Assembly: GCF_023055435.1 (NCBI RefSeq)
Contig: NW_025964361.1
Location: 30,132,001 to 30,196,000 of the forward strand
DNA length: 64,000 bases
Source: Haliotis rufescens
Taxonomy: Eukaryota
Direction of reading: 5' to 3'
Within the stretch, counting starts at the first letter, position 1; every line of letters starts with the position of its first letter. The notes under the pieces were generated by a model, which ran no database searches, had not been told where the DNA came from, and saw nothing but the letters and a program-made list of their open reading frames with translations. Positions 12,689-26,200 of this stretch are shown here, piece by piece. The translations under genes and the position numbers were made by a program.

Positions 12689-13053
12689 TACATACATAGA
12701 TAGTTGCTCCTTATATTTCCATTAAGAAACTACACCAAACCCATACATAATATTTCTCGTGTTTAAAAGGAAATAGACGTATGGCAATAAATATTGCAAT
12801 GGTACGCCATCAAGCATCATCCCTTTATGTGATGGTGTACAGTTCAGCTGTCATTTCGTATTTTTAGAATTGATTAAATATCTGTATTGAGTTCCCCATC
12901 TACGTGTTCACGTGATTCTAGAGCATTGTGTGACACTCTATCTTACAGCTATATCTTAGTGTCAGGGGGCTTCATGTAGTGCTGGTGACGTCGACACTTG
13001 CAGGCTTTCCATACAATGTCTGGAGGGGTGTCATGGTGTCTGTCATGAAATCA

Positions 13054-13241
13054 GTTTGTTTGTTGTTTAACCCCGCACTCAGCAATATTCCAGCGGTCTG
13101 TATATAATCGAGTAGACGCAATTGGGATACGATGACATGCATCAACCAAGTCAACGAGCCTGACCACCCGATCCCGTTAGTCGCCTTTTACGACGAGCAT
13201 GGGTTGCTGAAGACCTATTCTACCCCGGATATTCACGGGTC
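13054..13241 (-). mobile_element. Family A retroposon, internally deleted
   Basis: Reverse-complement match of head and tail. Confidence 0.9.
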
Positions 13242-14726
13242 ATGAAAACCAGACCCCCATTACTACCCAAACACGTTGTACTTTTGACATAGACATTTCC
13301 AACATACATTTGACACAGACAAAATTTACGAACATAATTTCGCGAACACTTGGTGTCACCAGTGGTCCATTCACACACGTCACAGCAATTCTGCCCAATA
13401 CGTTAAATGGAAAATGTTTCGGCGGATAATCTGGACTGGCTATTATCTTGCACCCCCCTCCACCACCACCGCTGGAGTAAAAAAAATAAAAATATAAATA
13501 AATATGTGACCACCTCCCCCCCCCCCCCGCAACTCAAGTTAAGACTCCACCGCATGTGCCCCTTCTTTGAATAACCACATGCAGGATGTTGAGAGCTGAT
13601 GTTGCCCCAGATAAGCTGGCACCAGGCGATTCTTCCCATTGTTTCCGCTGCTGCATTTCAGTACCCGGATGTTCAAACTCTCGTGATTTGGGTAGGTCGT
13701 GAGTAATCGATATTTGATATTTTAGCGTCAACCTTATAACGGAACACTGTTTTTCATATTAAACAATTAATACGTATTATTTAAAGTTTGGACATGGCTG
13801 TATATAGTTACTCGATCTTCGGATGAATATGGCAATTTAGGGTTGGCATGGCATGGCATGGCCAGAAAGATTATTCTGCGCTCCTGATGGTTTACTCTTC
13901 CTGAAGTGTTTTTTTGTTCGATACACAACGACCGCGAGTCGTGTATTTCTTATGATATATCATAAGTTGATAACATGTACAAGCTTTAAAAACATTTACC
14001 TAAATCTTAATAATAATGACTCCCTGAACAGAATCCGACCTAGGAAATGTCGGACAAGTCCATTTTATGAACAGGTGGGTTAAGTTGGATATATCCCGCA
14101 TATTTTTACAATCCTCACGTAGATTATCTGTATCTTTTCTCCTAATACCGATTGTCATATCTCTCCCACTTTTGGATGCGATCGTTCGTCCATTTATTGC
14201 GTTGATCTCCGTTGCCAAGCTACTTCTATGGGGACCTACTGACAAGAAACCCCCCTCTAAAATATAACGTTGTCCAATTTACGAGTCACCAAGTTGCGAG
14301 CTCATGTTTGAATCACCAGAAATGACGTAATGATAGAACCCCACCCGTCGTTACATAAGTGCAACGATCTTGATGATGAACGCGACGTTGAACCCCACCC
14401 CTGTCTTCGGCGTCTGTGACAGCCTTGTGGCAATGTCGACTGGCACATAGGGAGGAATAAATAGCTATTTATGTACATCTCGCTTTGTGTGCTTGATTAA
14501 CAAGCGTGCGCAAGCTGGGGGAAAATGACCATATATCGATACTATATCGATTTTGTTACCGGTCCGTAATGTTAGTGAATAGGGTTAGTCAGTCTGTTGG
14601 CCGTAGTTCTAAACCTTCATTGAATTCTGGTCTCTAGGTTACCAGCGTCCACGATAGTCCGCGGCCAGCTTACAGTTACGAACTTAGGCATCGATATACA
14701 CGAGATATGAGCCGGTAGCTACTTCA

Positions 14727-14980
14727 GTGAAGATCCGGGGTAGAATAGATCTTCAGTAACCCATGCTTGCTCTAAAAGGCGACTATGCTTGTCGTAAGAG
14801 GCGACTAACGGGATCGAGTGGTCAGGCTCCCTGACTTGGTTGATGCATGTCATCGTATCCCAGTTGCGTGGATCGATGATCATGATATCAATCACCGGAT
14901 TGTCTGGTCCAGACTTGATGATTTACAGACCGCCGTCACAAAGCTTGAATATTGCTGAGTGCGGCGTAAAACAACAAACA
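14727..14980 (+). mobile_element. Family A retroposon
   Basis: Near-consensus sequence. Confidence 0.95.
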
Positions 14981-15140
14981 GTGAGCGAGTATGTGTTTAC
15001 GCCCATTTAAGCATTATTCAAGCAATATCACGGCGGGGGACATTAGAAATGGGCTTCACACTTTCTACCTATCTGGGGAATCGAACCCGGGACTTTGGTG
15101 TGACGAGCTAACGCTTTAACCAGCAGGCCACCCATCGACC
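14981..15140 (-). mobile_element. Family B SINE, tail-to-tail with the family A copy
   Basis: ggaatcgaacccggg (B box, reverse complement) and gggcttcacac body. Confidence 0.85.
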
Positions 15141-15489
15141 CAAAATGAACACGTACCACACGAAACTGTGACGATTCAGAATTGTTAGAGATAATAATGA
15201 ATTCTCGCACACAACTTCCCCGACTGACACACCCATGTTAATCAACACAGCTTAAATCCTACAATCGAAATCAACAGAAAAGGTGACTTCCTAGCTTGAA
15301 CTACCATGGTTCATAGATCAAGGTTCGAGACGCAGCCTGTACATGGAAGTTCCCCCAAGCAGTTGAAAAGCACACACTACAGACGAAAACTACAGTCAAA
15401 ACCAATGCCTACTCCAACTCGAAAACAAAGAATACAGACTAAACCCAACACCATCCTAAATATTGAGGGGTCATTGACAGACAGACATA

Positions 15490-15662
15490 CAGTAAACTAC
15501 GGTTATAACGAACTCAAAGGGACCATTAATTTTAGTTCGTTATATCCGTAGTTCGTTATAAACATATACAGAATATGTACAGCAAATGGTGGGGACAAAA
15601 AAATAAGTTCGTTATATCCGTCAGTTCGTTATAAGCGTGTGCGTTATGAACGTAGTTTACTG
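15490..15662. mobile_element. MITE with CAGT...ACTG termini and TA TSD (Tc1/mariner-pogo type)
   Basis: ta|cagtaaactacggttataacgaac...cgtagtttactg|ta, internal gttcgttata repeats, three copies in window. Confidence 0.9.
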
Positions 15663-17527
15663 TACATGTTGCATATTCACGACAAAGAAGCATTTAACCA
15701 TATTCACCCATTACATCTGTTAATCAACTTGAATAGTACACCAAGTCATCATGTGCTGGCTGACATACGAAATGATTTACAGCATCGTCCAACACAGGTG
15801 GCCCATCACGACCAGCACAGCACCAGGCTTATGCACAAATGTAGTCATCATCATGATGCAGCACACTGGAGCTCCATCAATATAGTGAAAACTACGCCAG
15901 CTGGTGGGTGTACTATAATACACAGTTCAGCGATCACGATACATAAACGTGCTTATTTGATCTTGTAGAACAAGGGTTCTTGCAATTCTAATACATGTGT
16001 GAGAGGTTGATTTAACACAGCCATATACATTGCAGCTTCAGAAACCACTATGGAAATCGAACCCGGTCTTCGGCGTGAAGTGCGTAAACTTTGACCACTT
16101 GCTACCTCAGCGCCCGATACAGTATAGGAGAGGTGTATTGATCCGCGAACAGAATATAGACCTGGTTTTATATTAATAATTTAAACACATCTTTAAAAAC
16201 CTATATGGCATCTTTCATCATCGCTAACATGATCGTATGTAATAAGTTTCAGAAGACATAGAACGGCACGAGTTGAAGAACGATTAACAGGAGAGCTTAG
16301 GTGAGGACCGGGGTCTAATGAAGCCATGCTGGTTCTGCCCTACTTCCTGGCGGCGTAGGTCTCCATCAAGGAAGTAGTCGTGGCCGACGTCCGTGGAGCT
16401 GTCACGTCTCCATTGACATCACAGACAAGTGTTGGTGATCTCCTTGAACGCCCGCAGGTGAGATTCGATTAGGCGCAAATTCAGCATTTAAGGCAGGTTT
16501 CGACGACAACGAACATGCAGTGCGAAAGACTGTTCGCCTATCGCGAAACCCGTCAAAATGACCGATAATCCGTGTTTTGTTCCGTTGTCTGTCCATCCAA
16601 ACCAGCTTCAGTCTTTCCATCATTTTATATACATTCGTGCATGTCACATAGGTAGCCTGGATACATTACCTGTTTTAATTAACTCTGTAGTACACGCCTA
16701 CAATCTGTCTCGGAGTCGTTTTCTGTCACCAGTAAGAGCCAGATAACTTTGCCTCCAAGTACAACAGAGAATATGTCCCGTTATTCACGAAAAACCACTA
16801 CTTGATCCTTTCTGGAAAATGTCGTCTGCTTCCAATTCAAACTGTCGTCTGCTACTAGTACATTTAAAGCCCGTCGTCTGCAATTGCCACTAATTTAACA
16901 TATCGTCTTCTGTCAGACCGACTAACAAGGTTCTACAACAGAGCACTATCTAAATCTATCGCAACTCAATAATAAGCCTGCTCTCTGATATAGCGCCCTG
17001 TTTTGACCGTCTACTTTGGACCCAGACCCAATGCAGACCTGTCGTCCGTTGCCGGACCTATCAACCAGTGAATGCTGCTTTCCAACAGACGTTCAGCTTG
17101 GGCAGAGATCACTCGGCAGTCCGGATGCCCGTATCGATTGTATTGCTCCAGCCATATGTTACCTGCTTTATAATCTGTCGCTTTTGGTCGCCTTATTTAC
17201 CCTATTGTCATCGCAAGCAAACCCACACAGCATACAACAGTTGCAAGCGAAAATAAAATGAGAGAGAAATCCAGTCAAATTCAATCAAGGTTGGAGACAA
17301 ACGTTAGTAGCGTTACTGGCGTTGTCATGGCACGCGACAGAAACAATGCTTCGTAGTCGAAAAACTCAATTAACTTTTGGCAGCCCGTTCACTCAGACCA
17401 TATGGTAGGATAACCAGTACTGGAATAGCTTTAATGTTTAGATAAGCTTAGTCAAAACCCCACAGCTGGGGTAGAACTGGTGTAGAAATGTACAAAGTTG
17501 AATCTATACTAGTGCAGCTATACTTAC

Positions 17528-17824
17528 CTGACACTTCGTACTCCGTCGTCTCACTGTCCGTCCGTCCAGCCACTGGAACCAACCGCAGAGTGTCACCACA
17601 CAGGTAAAAGTGATCACATGACCATGACGTCACTGTTCGAGATACGTTTTCACGAATGACAGAAGAGTAGGGAGTGTGAACGCGGGCTATCTTAAAACGG
17701 TTGGTCGGGACTTTGTCGTGCTCGGTCCAGGTAGCTGACACACGCAGAGCGCCGATAGTTCCTACTTCCTCCGGATCGATCTTCGCAGTTCGCCTCGCTA
17801 ATCCATCCTTTCCAATCGCTAAAT
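17528..17824 (-). CDS. Candidate internal coding exon (297 nt, phase 1-1), product unknown
   Basis: Acceptor tatttcag|at, consensus donor CAG|gtaagt, one open frame of 98 codons (LAIGKDGLARRTAKIDPEEVGTIGALRVSATW...CDHFYLCGDTLRL...EYEVS), in-frame stop just upstream of the acceptor, higher GC than flanks. Confidence 0.45.
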
Positions 17825-18084
17825 CTGAAATAGATTGAAATCAATAATGTGCAACATAACACACAGATGTTGGCTTCTGGTCGCTCCCGGGGAGGGGCGG
17901 TCATATGTCCTGGCATCGCCAGTCCAGTCCTCTCTCTTTAATGGCCCTGTTCCGAATGGTTATCGCCGAGCCGATGTCGGGAAGTCATGAATGCTGCATG
18001 AGCCGTCCCGGGCCACGAGGAGAGGACGATGGGAGGATCGCCGAGCCCGGGGATGTTGAAATGCCAGAGGCGTGGGGACACTTA

Positions 18085-18280
18085 CACCACCATGATTAAT
18101 ATGAGCCAGCATGGCGCTGTTTACACGCTTATAAAAGCTATCGATTTTTTGGAGTGCTTGCATGCACGTACTTTTTACCTGGTGAGAGATGGCGTTGATT
18201 GCTTTCACAGGTGCCCACAGGTGTATCTGACAGGTGACAGAACCGCGTTGGCTACGTGCGGCGTTTATTGGCTCGTTCAG
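18085..18280. promoter_or_regulatory. Candidate enhancer (dense TF-motif cluster)
   Basis: ACAGGTG at 18207, 18217, 18230; TGACAG at 18228, 18235; TGATTAAT 18093; TGTTTAC 18118; TTTATTGG 18264; CpG-rich unique sequence. Confidence 0.3.
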
Positions 18281-19227
18281 GGAAAAGATGACATCGTCTG
18301 CTCGCCGAAAACGAGCGGGAAACACAACTCCACGCAGCCAGCTCGGAAGCAACTGAGGCTTTGCCGATCCCGATAGCCGTCTGGTTATTCCGCCAGCCCC
18401 GGGCTTGAATACATCATTATTCCGTGAAGAACATTCCCTATCAATAATAAAATCTGTTGGCTCCTCGGAGAGCTATTACAATGAGATTTATGTAGGAAGC
18501 GATTCCACTCGACCATGACTCCAAGCAAGAATCAAAGCGTTCGTTCACGTTACCAATACATGAATATTTCACTATCGTAGCTTTGGGCATCGTGTTCTAA
18601 AACCTCTCTGTATTAAGTAACACCGCATTTACGCATTGTGGAATAGCAGTGACACTCCTGTTTGGAATTGTCTTCATAAACAATTCAGGAGGAGATAACT
18701 CTAAAATCCTATGTAGACATGACGCTCCACCCACAAAAGAATTACCGAAATAAGTTAACGTTCTCGTGTTCAGTGTTACCAGCTGCAAAATACTTAAATG
18801 ATAATTTAACCCACAAACGAAGCTGAATCAACTGATCAATTCACATTGAGGTTGTATGGCAATAAACTGATTGATTATGTGCGGGTGACTCTGTCCTTGG
18901 TTCAGTGCATTGATCAGTATGATGCCCATATGCGTTTTTTTTATGAAGGTATGATAATTACCGATATTTTCAATATTCATCCTATTTTTATTATAGAAAT
19001 CTGGGTTTTGAGTGAATTTGTACATATTTTTGATTCATTGTGAAAAGGCAATGATTGGTAAGATTATTATATTTTTATAGAACTATGCAACCCTGTTACA
19101 TTTTTCGGTACTGTCCCCAGTAACATCGTACGGATGACCAAATTTGAGTTTCAATTTAAAATCACTTTGGTCAGGATTTCATTTAAATCACCACGTGTGG
19201 GAGAGGGACCTAGACATGTTCCATCTA

Positions 19228-19467
19228 GTGTTTGTTTGTTTGTTGTTTGAGGACGCACTCACGAATATTCCCGCTAAACGACGGCGGTCTGTAAATAATA
19301 GAGTCTGGACCAGCCACTCCAGTGATTGACACATCATAAGCATCGATATACGCAATTGGGATACGATGACACGCATCAACCAAGTCAGCGAGTCTGACCA
19401 CCCGATTCGGTTAGTCGCCTCTTACGACAAGCATGGGTTTACCTATTCTAACCCGGATCTTCACGGT
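19228..19467 (-). mobile_element. Family A retroposon (single-module variant)
   Basis: Reverse-complement match; TSD ttccatcta. Confidence 0.9.
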
Positions 19468-20159
19468 ATTTCCATCTATGAAACCAACGAACAAGGGTAT
19501 GGTGCTGATTAACCAAGAGTCATAATCAGGACGAAATTTGAATTCGAACCTCCGAGCATTGTACCCTGGCACGACTAAGGGGGGCAACTCTGCACAGCCG
19601 TACGTTCTGTATGAAGAACCGGTGACGAAATCATAGACCGAACACATTAACCAAAAGAACCCAAGATTCGTGGACAGGATTAAAATGGTTGAAATGTGTA
19701 ATGCAGTATAATGATAGGATGGAAAATGTCTTGAACAATACACACTGATGCTTAAATATTTTAGTATGCTGGTGAAAATATGGAGGGAGAGATTGTGCAT
19801 AGTTGACAAGTATTCAGTTGTCGACACATGAACAGGACGATAGGCTTATACTTTATTCATGAGTTGTTCACGATCTGCAGTCGTATCTATTAATCATAGT
19901 TGTCATCAGTCGGTAACAACACGTGTTCCATGTGCTAGACAGTCACCCAGTCAGCCATGTTATTCCCGGGATGTAAAATCGAAAACCAGTGGGTCATCAT
20001 TTTATACTTATACTTGTGCTGTTTCGATAAATAAATCATTCATTCATCATTGTGTCTGTGGGTGTTTAGTCTAAACTTCCACCACAGCCTTATCCCTTAC
20101 CCAATATGACGCTAACCCCCTAAAGTATCTCCGTCACTCTCACCGTGCACTTATCAGCT

Positions 20160-20660
20160 GAAACAATAGGAAACACATACCAGCTTTTCTCGTCCACAAC
20201 ACTGCCCCGTCCTATTGCTTAAACAGCAAGGAAATAATAATATACACCCACAGGCTCTCCCCCTACCCCCAACATTGGCCGCCCCCTCCCCTCACCCCAC
20301 ACTGCCCTGCCTGTACTGCACCTATCAAGGAAATATAAATATACATCTATAAGCCTCGCAACCCACACACTCCCGGATCTCCACACTGCCTTGTCACCCC
20401 GACCCTCCCCCAACACACACGCCACCGCTACGTCCCCGTACTGCATCTTTATCAAGGAAATAAAAATAAACATCTACAAACCAACATACTCCCCGATCTC
20501 CACCCAGCCTTGTTACCCCTCCCCGACCCCAACACTGCCCGTATTACTTCAACAACAGGGAAACAAAAACATTAATCAACACACACACAGAGGCTGTCCC
20601 CCCGTCCCTAAACCACACCCTTCCCACCGCCCCCGAACTGTCGCAGCAGCAGGGACTTAA
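20160..20660. repeat. Degenerate C-rich tandem repeat, ~100-130 bp units
   Basis: Recurrent cacactgccc and tatcaaggaaata blocks. Confidence 0.7.
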
Positions 20661-21906
20661 TTGGAAACCGCTATCAGAGCGGTCTGTCAGGTGACGTTGT
20701 CTTAGAGCATTGTTTATTACTCATTAAGATGTTATCTGGGCTTGAACCGTCATATCACTCGACACCGTGTTTGATGCTGGTCGTGAATATTTATGACCCT
20801 AATCCAACGACATATGTTTCCTCGTGCAGCTCGCGCCTTGAACAAACAGTCCTGTTTGCGGTGATTTCATACTTGAAACCTCCGACAGTTATTACACGGT
20901 TAAAATATCGGCGGGTATTGTTAAAAGGTTTAGAGAAGGAATATTGCGTATCAAATTACAATTTAAGGGAAATTAATAATGCTACTACGATTGCTATTTA
21001 AATTCGCTACAACTGGTGGTTGCATGTAAGGATGGTGAATAGAGCTCACTGTGTGTCACGTTGGAGAATTCCAAAGTGACAATAACGGTTTATGATCCCA
21101 ACAGAACAATGTCACTGTACTCTTTAACGCGTTAAATATGACAATCATCTCACAAATTTAAAAAAAAAAATTTCAATACGAACTGTTGACATTGAATATA
21201 ATGAGCGTATGAAAACCAATGCTGGTACATTACTTCAGTAATCGGTGTCTGAATGCGAGGTTAGCGCCAGAAACCGCTAAAGCAGATATTGCACTCACGG
21301 GACACCCTCAATGAATATTAGTCCAGACGCCTGGCCCTGAGCTTTCAAACAGTGATGATAAAATATCACTTTTGTCTACATCTATGACAAATAAAGACTG
21401 TTGTATATTGCACAATGTAGAAGGTCACATGACAAATCCAATGTTCAATGGGACAATCCCCTTCACCAAGGGAGGTAACCTTTTCATGGCGCTGGAGGAC
21501 CGATGGTTCCGATCGTTTAAAGCGATTTGGTAAAGATCTCTGTTGTATTAGTTTTGTCCAAACCCGTGGTCTCGCTGCATTAAAATAACTTTTCCGAGCA
21601 CTCCCATTTATTTAGGAAAGCAATGGGGGAGGGGGATTCCATTCTGGAACTGGATTTCCTAGCTCCGGTGACCCCCAGTGGAGATGGATCCGGGGTAGAA
21701 TAGGTCTTCAGCAACCCCATGGGCACTTGTGGTGTACCAACTATACAAGATGGATCGGTCTAGATGGCATGCAGGGAAGTCCGCTGGTATCTGTAACGTT
21801 GGTCACGGAATATACCGACTGGACCCGAATTTGTTTTCCGAATTAACTCTTAAAATTAGGCACGAACAACGCATGAGCATACAAATGACCCGTATGAATG
21901 AATGAA

Positions 21907-22195
21907 TGTGGGTTCGAATCCCTGTTTCTAGGTTTGTCAGCACTATACCCGTGCTCGTGGGTTTCACCGAAGTGGTAGACGTCTGAGACCTGCATCACTT
22001 CGGGCTTTCCTCCCACATTAAGCTGACACGCCGTGATATAACTGGACTAATGTTAAAAGCGGCGTTAAACCCAACTCACTCACTCACTCACTCATCAATC
22101 AGGACACGCCGGGCTTTCTTCCCACATTAAGCTGACACACAGTGATGTAACTGAAATACTGTTTAAAGCGGCGATAAACTAAACTCACTCACGCA
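21907..22195 (+). mobile_element. Family D SINE (V-domain-like), 5'-truncated, with duplicated 3' end
   Basis: gtgggttcgaatccc B box, cgggctttcctcccacattaagctgacacgccg, (actc)n tail twice. Confidence 0.85.
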
Positions 22196-23173
22196 TCAAA
22201 CAGTGACGTCGTAATCCATGTCGGTAATAGGACCCTCCGCTCTTATGCTTGTCGTGTGAGGCGACTATTGTCGGGAAGGTAACGCAGTACAGTAGTGGCA
22301 GTACAGCTTCGCCAAATTCTATTCATACCACATACTTCAAACATGACATGGGAATAATTATCTACATTACAAGATAATCATATTAATATATAATTTCAGG
22401 AGAGAGAGAGAGACCTGTTATTAAAATATATCACAAGCTCATTCTCAAATGTACCTAGGACTAGGTTCCACGTTTCTTCACCCATTTTATGAATGTTATT
22501 GATTGCTAGTTATATATAAGATCTAAGCGACCAAGGAGACTCGCGAAAGCCATGCTGGAGACGACAGACAAATCGGATTCCAGAAGGAGCGAAAGGTTTG
22601 TCATGACACATGTTGGTATTCAACAGAATCATAAATTTTCGCTGCTTAACAAACGTGACGAGAATAAGTTGATGGGTGTATATTATATTTGCCATTTAGT
22701 ATCATGTTTTCCAGTCTGGCAGTTAAACAAATAGATAATGGCGTTTCTATATAGAACTTTCTACATGGCATTTGCGTAGTCATTCATGCACAGGTTACCG
22801 TATTTTAATAATAAACTGGTAACACATTCTCCGTGGATGTTCTAACTCTTTATGTATAGAACAATTAACAAACTTGAAGTTGATTTGACTACATATTTTC
22901 ACATTTCGCCAAACGCAGGAATTGACTTCATTATTTCAAAGGGGCATAACTCTTCATTTGTGTCTTTTTCTTCTAAATCGGCGTTCACGCAGTTGGGTAG
23001 TTTCGGAATTCATTTTATTTGAGAATACGGTAATAATATGTTCCTAGCAATGCAGTTAAATGACCGAAAGCAGACCAGGATTACCAAGCTGGACCCATAA
23101 ATCGAAACTGGTGTTAAACGATATAATTCACTGCTGATGCATTAAGATCTCCGAAGTGAAGCCCACATGACTA

Positions 23174-23310
23174 TGTAACGCAGAAAATATCAGCTACAAG
23201 ATATATGGTCACACCAAGTGTCGGTATACTACATAAAAGGACTCATTTTATATAGCATACTGACACTGGGTGTGACAATATATTTTGTAGCTGCTATTCT
23301 TTGCGTTGCA
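23174..23310. mobile_element. Foldback palindrome (~65-bp arms, short loop), probable MITE
   Basis: tgtaacgcagaaaatatcagctacaagatatatggtcacacc... pairs with ...ggtgtgacaatatattttgtagctgctattctttgcgttgca, with about 10 mismatches. Confidence 0.75.
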
Positions 23311-26003
23311 AGCCCCTGTGGTAAAGCCGGAAAACATTGTGTCTACGTCTTACACTGAACAAAATAAAACCTTACCTTACTACACAGACATTTTCGCAAT
23401 CTCCGTCGAAGAGTCTGTTCCCAAAAGCCATAACTGCGAAATCGAAGTGGCCATATGGCTAGCATCCATTCCGAACTAGCTTCCCATTTCGTTCTATCAC
23501 GCCCTACACATGGCTGACCTCCTCGTGTCACGCCCATTCTGGCCACACGTCCCATGAACTGTCCTGGGGTCTCGCAGTCCCGGACATTCGGTATCTCACG
23601 CGGCCGGTCGCCAGCTGACTGCAATCGTTTGCCACTAGAATTAATAGACCATCATGGTCAAATGTATATGTCTGATGAAAATCGATATATGATACACATC
23701 TGTGTGCGTCGTATATATTTAGGCAAGAAGTGTAATGTACGTTTCCATACGACAATGTAGCTATGATTGAATATGTACATTTAGATGTAGCAGGTGTTAT
23801 ATTCTGTGATATACATCAGCTGGTGCATCGCGTGTCGAGTTGACATGAATTATCGCTCTGACATCAAGCCCTCATCCGAAGGTCCCATTACGAAATGGAT
23901 GGGGGTGATTAAATTCTAAGTCCGCCCGCGTCAGAACTTCAACCGATATATAAGTCTGCTTTTTGTGAGTTTGTGAGGAAATGTTCACTTCCCATCTAGA
24001 ATCGAGCCCCCTATCAGTCTCATAAAGTGTCCGTTTGGGAATCGAACCCGGTCAAATAAATATACTGAAGACTGCAAAAGTCTGTGTTTGCTTGTCGCTG
24101 GCGTGAATGTCGGTGTATCTATTTATAGACCGAGTACGGCGGTACAACTGGCTCGCCGCGCACCTGCCATGATTTGCACGTGGTTGCTATGCATCTGCCA
24201 TTTCGAATGCTGCACGTGAAAAACGATCTTTTCGCGAAAATCTATCACGGCAGCTTTTCAGAGCAGCCAGCCTGCTCGTGATCTGTTTTCACCGCAAGGT
24301 CCCGCGAATCTTGAACGGCAGATGAAAGTCATTCACAACTTATGTTTATATTTCATTTTAACATTTAATTACAAAAAGGGTAAAGTAATGCAAAAAAATG
24401 TACTTAATCAACATCATTTTTTTACCGATATGGCTACGGAGCCAAAACGTGCAGCAACAATTTTATACTGCTACATGCTACTGCTAAATCAACGTTCAAT
24501 AAAATTGTGGCAGCTTTGCTTTTTGCACAAATGATGCCGACACTTCTTAGGCTTCTAACATCAGTCTGTAGTGTTCACCAGTTTTTATTAAGTTAGGATG
24601 AAAAACGCTTTTTTCTATTTTTAGGTTCGTCTGCGGACAGATTTAAGACTCGCCATGCACGAAATGGATTCAAAACGTGATACCAACTTTAGGTAAAGGT
24701 TTAGGAAGAAACCTGGGAGCGGGAATGCGAAACATGAGCCATGAGGAATGCATTTATGGAAAATATACCTTAATGTGTATGGAGTCGGGGTTTTATGTGC
24801 TTTTTGATGTATGTATGTATATTCAATAATAATCACGAATCCACCGGTCGTGCAAAGGTAGAATTGAGGTATATTAGTCTGGATATCATGACTGTGTATT
24901 TATCATATTGCTTTAACAACCGTTGTTGGCGTTTCATATATATCATATAATAAACAGTTCGTCATATTCAATACACGTATTGATTTCAAAACATTAGGCG
25001 GCGACAGTCTCATATTGACATAACATTTCAAATAGTAAATGTCAATATGATTGATACCATATTAATGAAATGCAATGATATATTTATAATCAATATATAA
25101 TATGATATACAATATATGATATGATTCATCTGAAGTCATTCTCATGAATGGCAGATTGTTATTTGCGTTTCATTCACTGGTATCTATGAACATATTTAAA
25201 AAACTAAATCTACGTTTTATGTAAAATCCCCAAACATTTTATACTTGAATAGCATTATAAAAAAAATGTAAATAATTTTACGGTTAACATATACACCATG
25301 CTAAATTAAAGATGAAATTATTGTCCGAAACAGTATTTTGTATGATGAGAACGAATGGATATTAGAAGCGTAACCGAGCGAACCAGGTGTCGACAATGAC
25401 ATCGGGTATGCTTCGCGACCCTAGCGTACGGAAACAGACGATGTTGGCCGAAATCGACATCGGCGCCCGGCCTGCACCCACTCGACAGGTCGGACATTGC
25501 TGTTGTCACCGACGTTGCCTAAAGCTACCTGGTCGGGAAATATTAACGTATATTTCTAGATCAATACATCGCCCTTTGTATCGAAATGAAACAATTGCAG
25601 TTAATCTTTCGGCATAGAAACACGCCAATTATATTTGGTCTGGGTATTATTTCTGCGCCAATCTGGAAACAAAACTTGGGCCAATTACACCTGTGTAAAT
25701 GTTCCACTACCCTAACCCTTTTAACTTCAACATTGACTGCAATGATAACGTTGCTATGGAGACTAGTGATACACGTCAATATAAATCAGCAGAATGGCTC
25801 TGGTTAGATAACGTTCCAATAAAATATTATTTATCGTTGGTGAACAGGTAAGTGAACGAAAGAAAAACGGACCGAATTAACAGATGAATGAAAAGGGAGT
25901 GACTGTACAAACGGAGGTGTATGTGGACGAGGGAATTATTTTGGGGAATTAGCGAACGAAAAATGTGGTGATGATTGAACGAACGCTCTAGAAAATGAAA
26001 AAA

Positions 26004-26200
26004 TGGTCTTCAGCAACCCATGCGTGTCATGAGAGGCGAAGAACAGGATCGGGTGGTCAGGCTTGCTGACTTGGTTGATGCAAGTCATCGTATCCCAATA
26101 GTGTAGATGGATGCTCATGAAGTCAATCATTGGGTTGTCTAGTCCAGACTCATATAACTAGAATATTGCTGAGTGCGGCGTTAAAAAGAAGAAGAAAAAG
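26004..26200 (+). mobile_element. Family A retroposon, 5'-truncated
   Basis: ggtcttcagcaacccatgc...gagtgcggcgttaaa. Confidence 0.85.

Noticed and set aside
25756-25775. miR-7-like string tggagactagtgat
   Set aside because: Indel in the seed, divergent 3' half and no hairpin.
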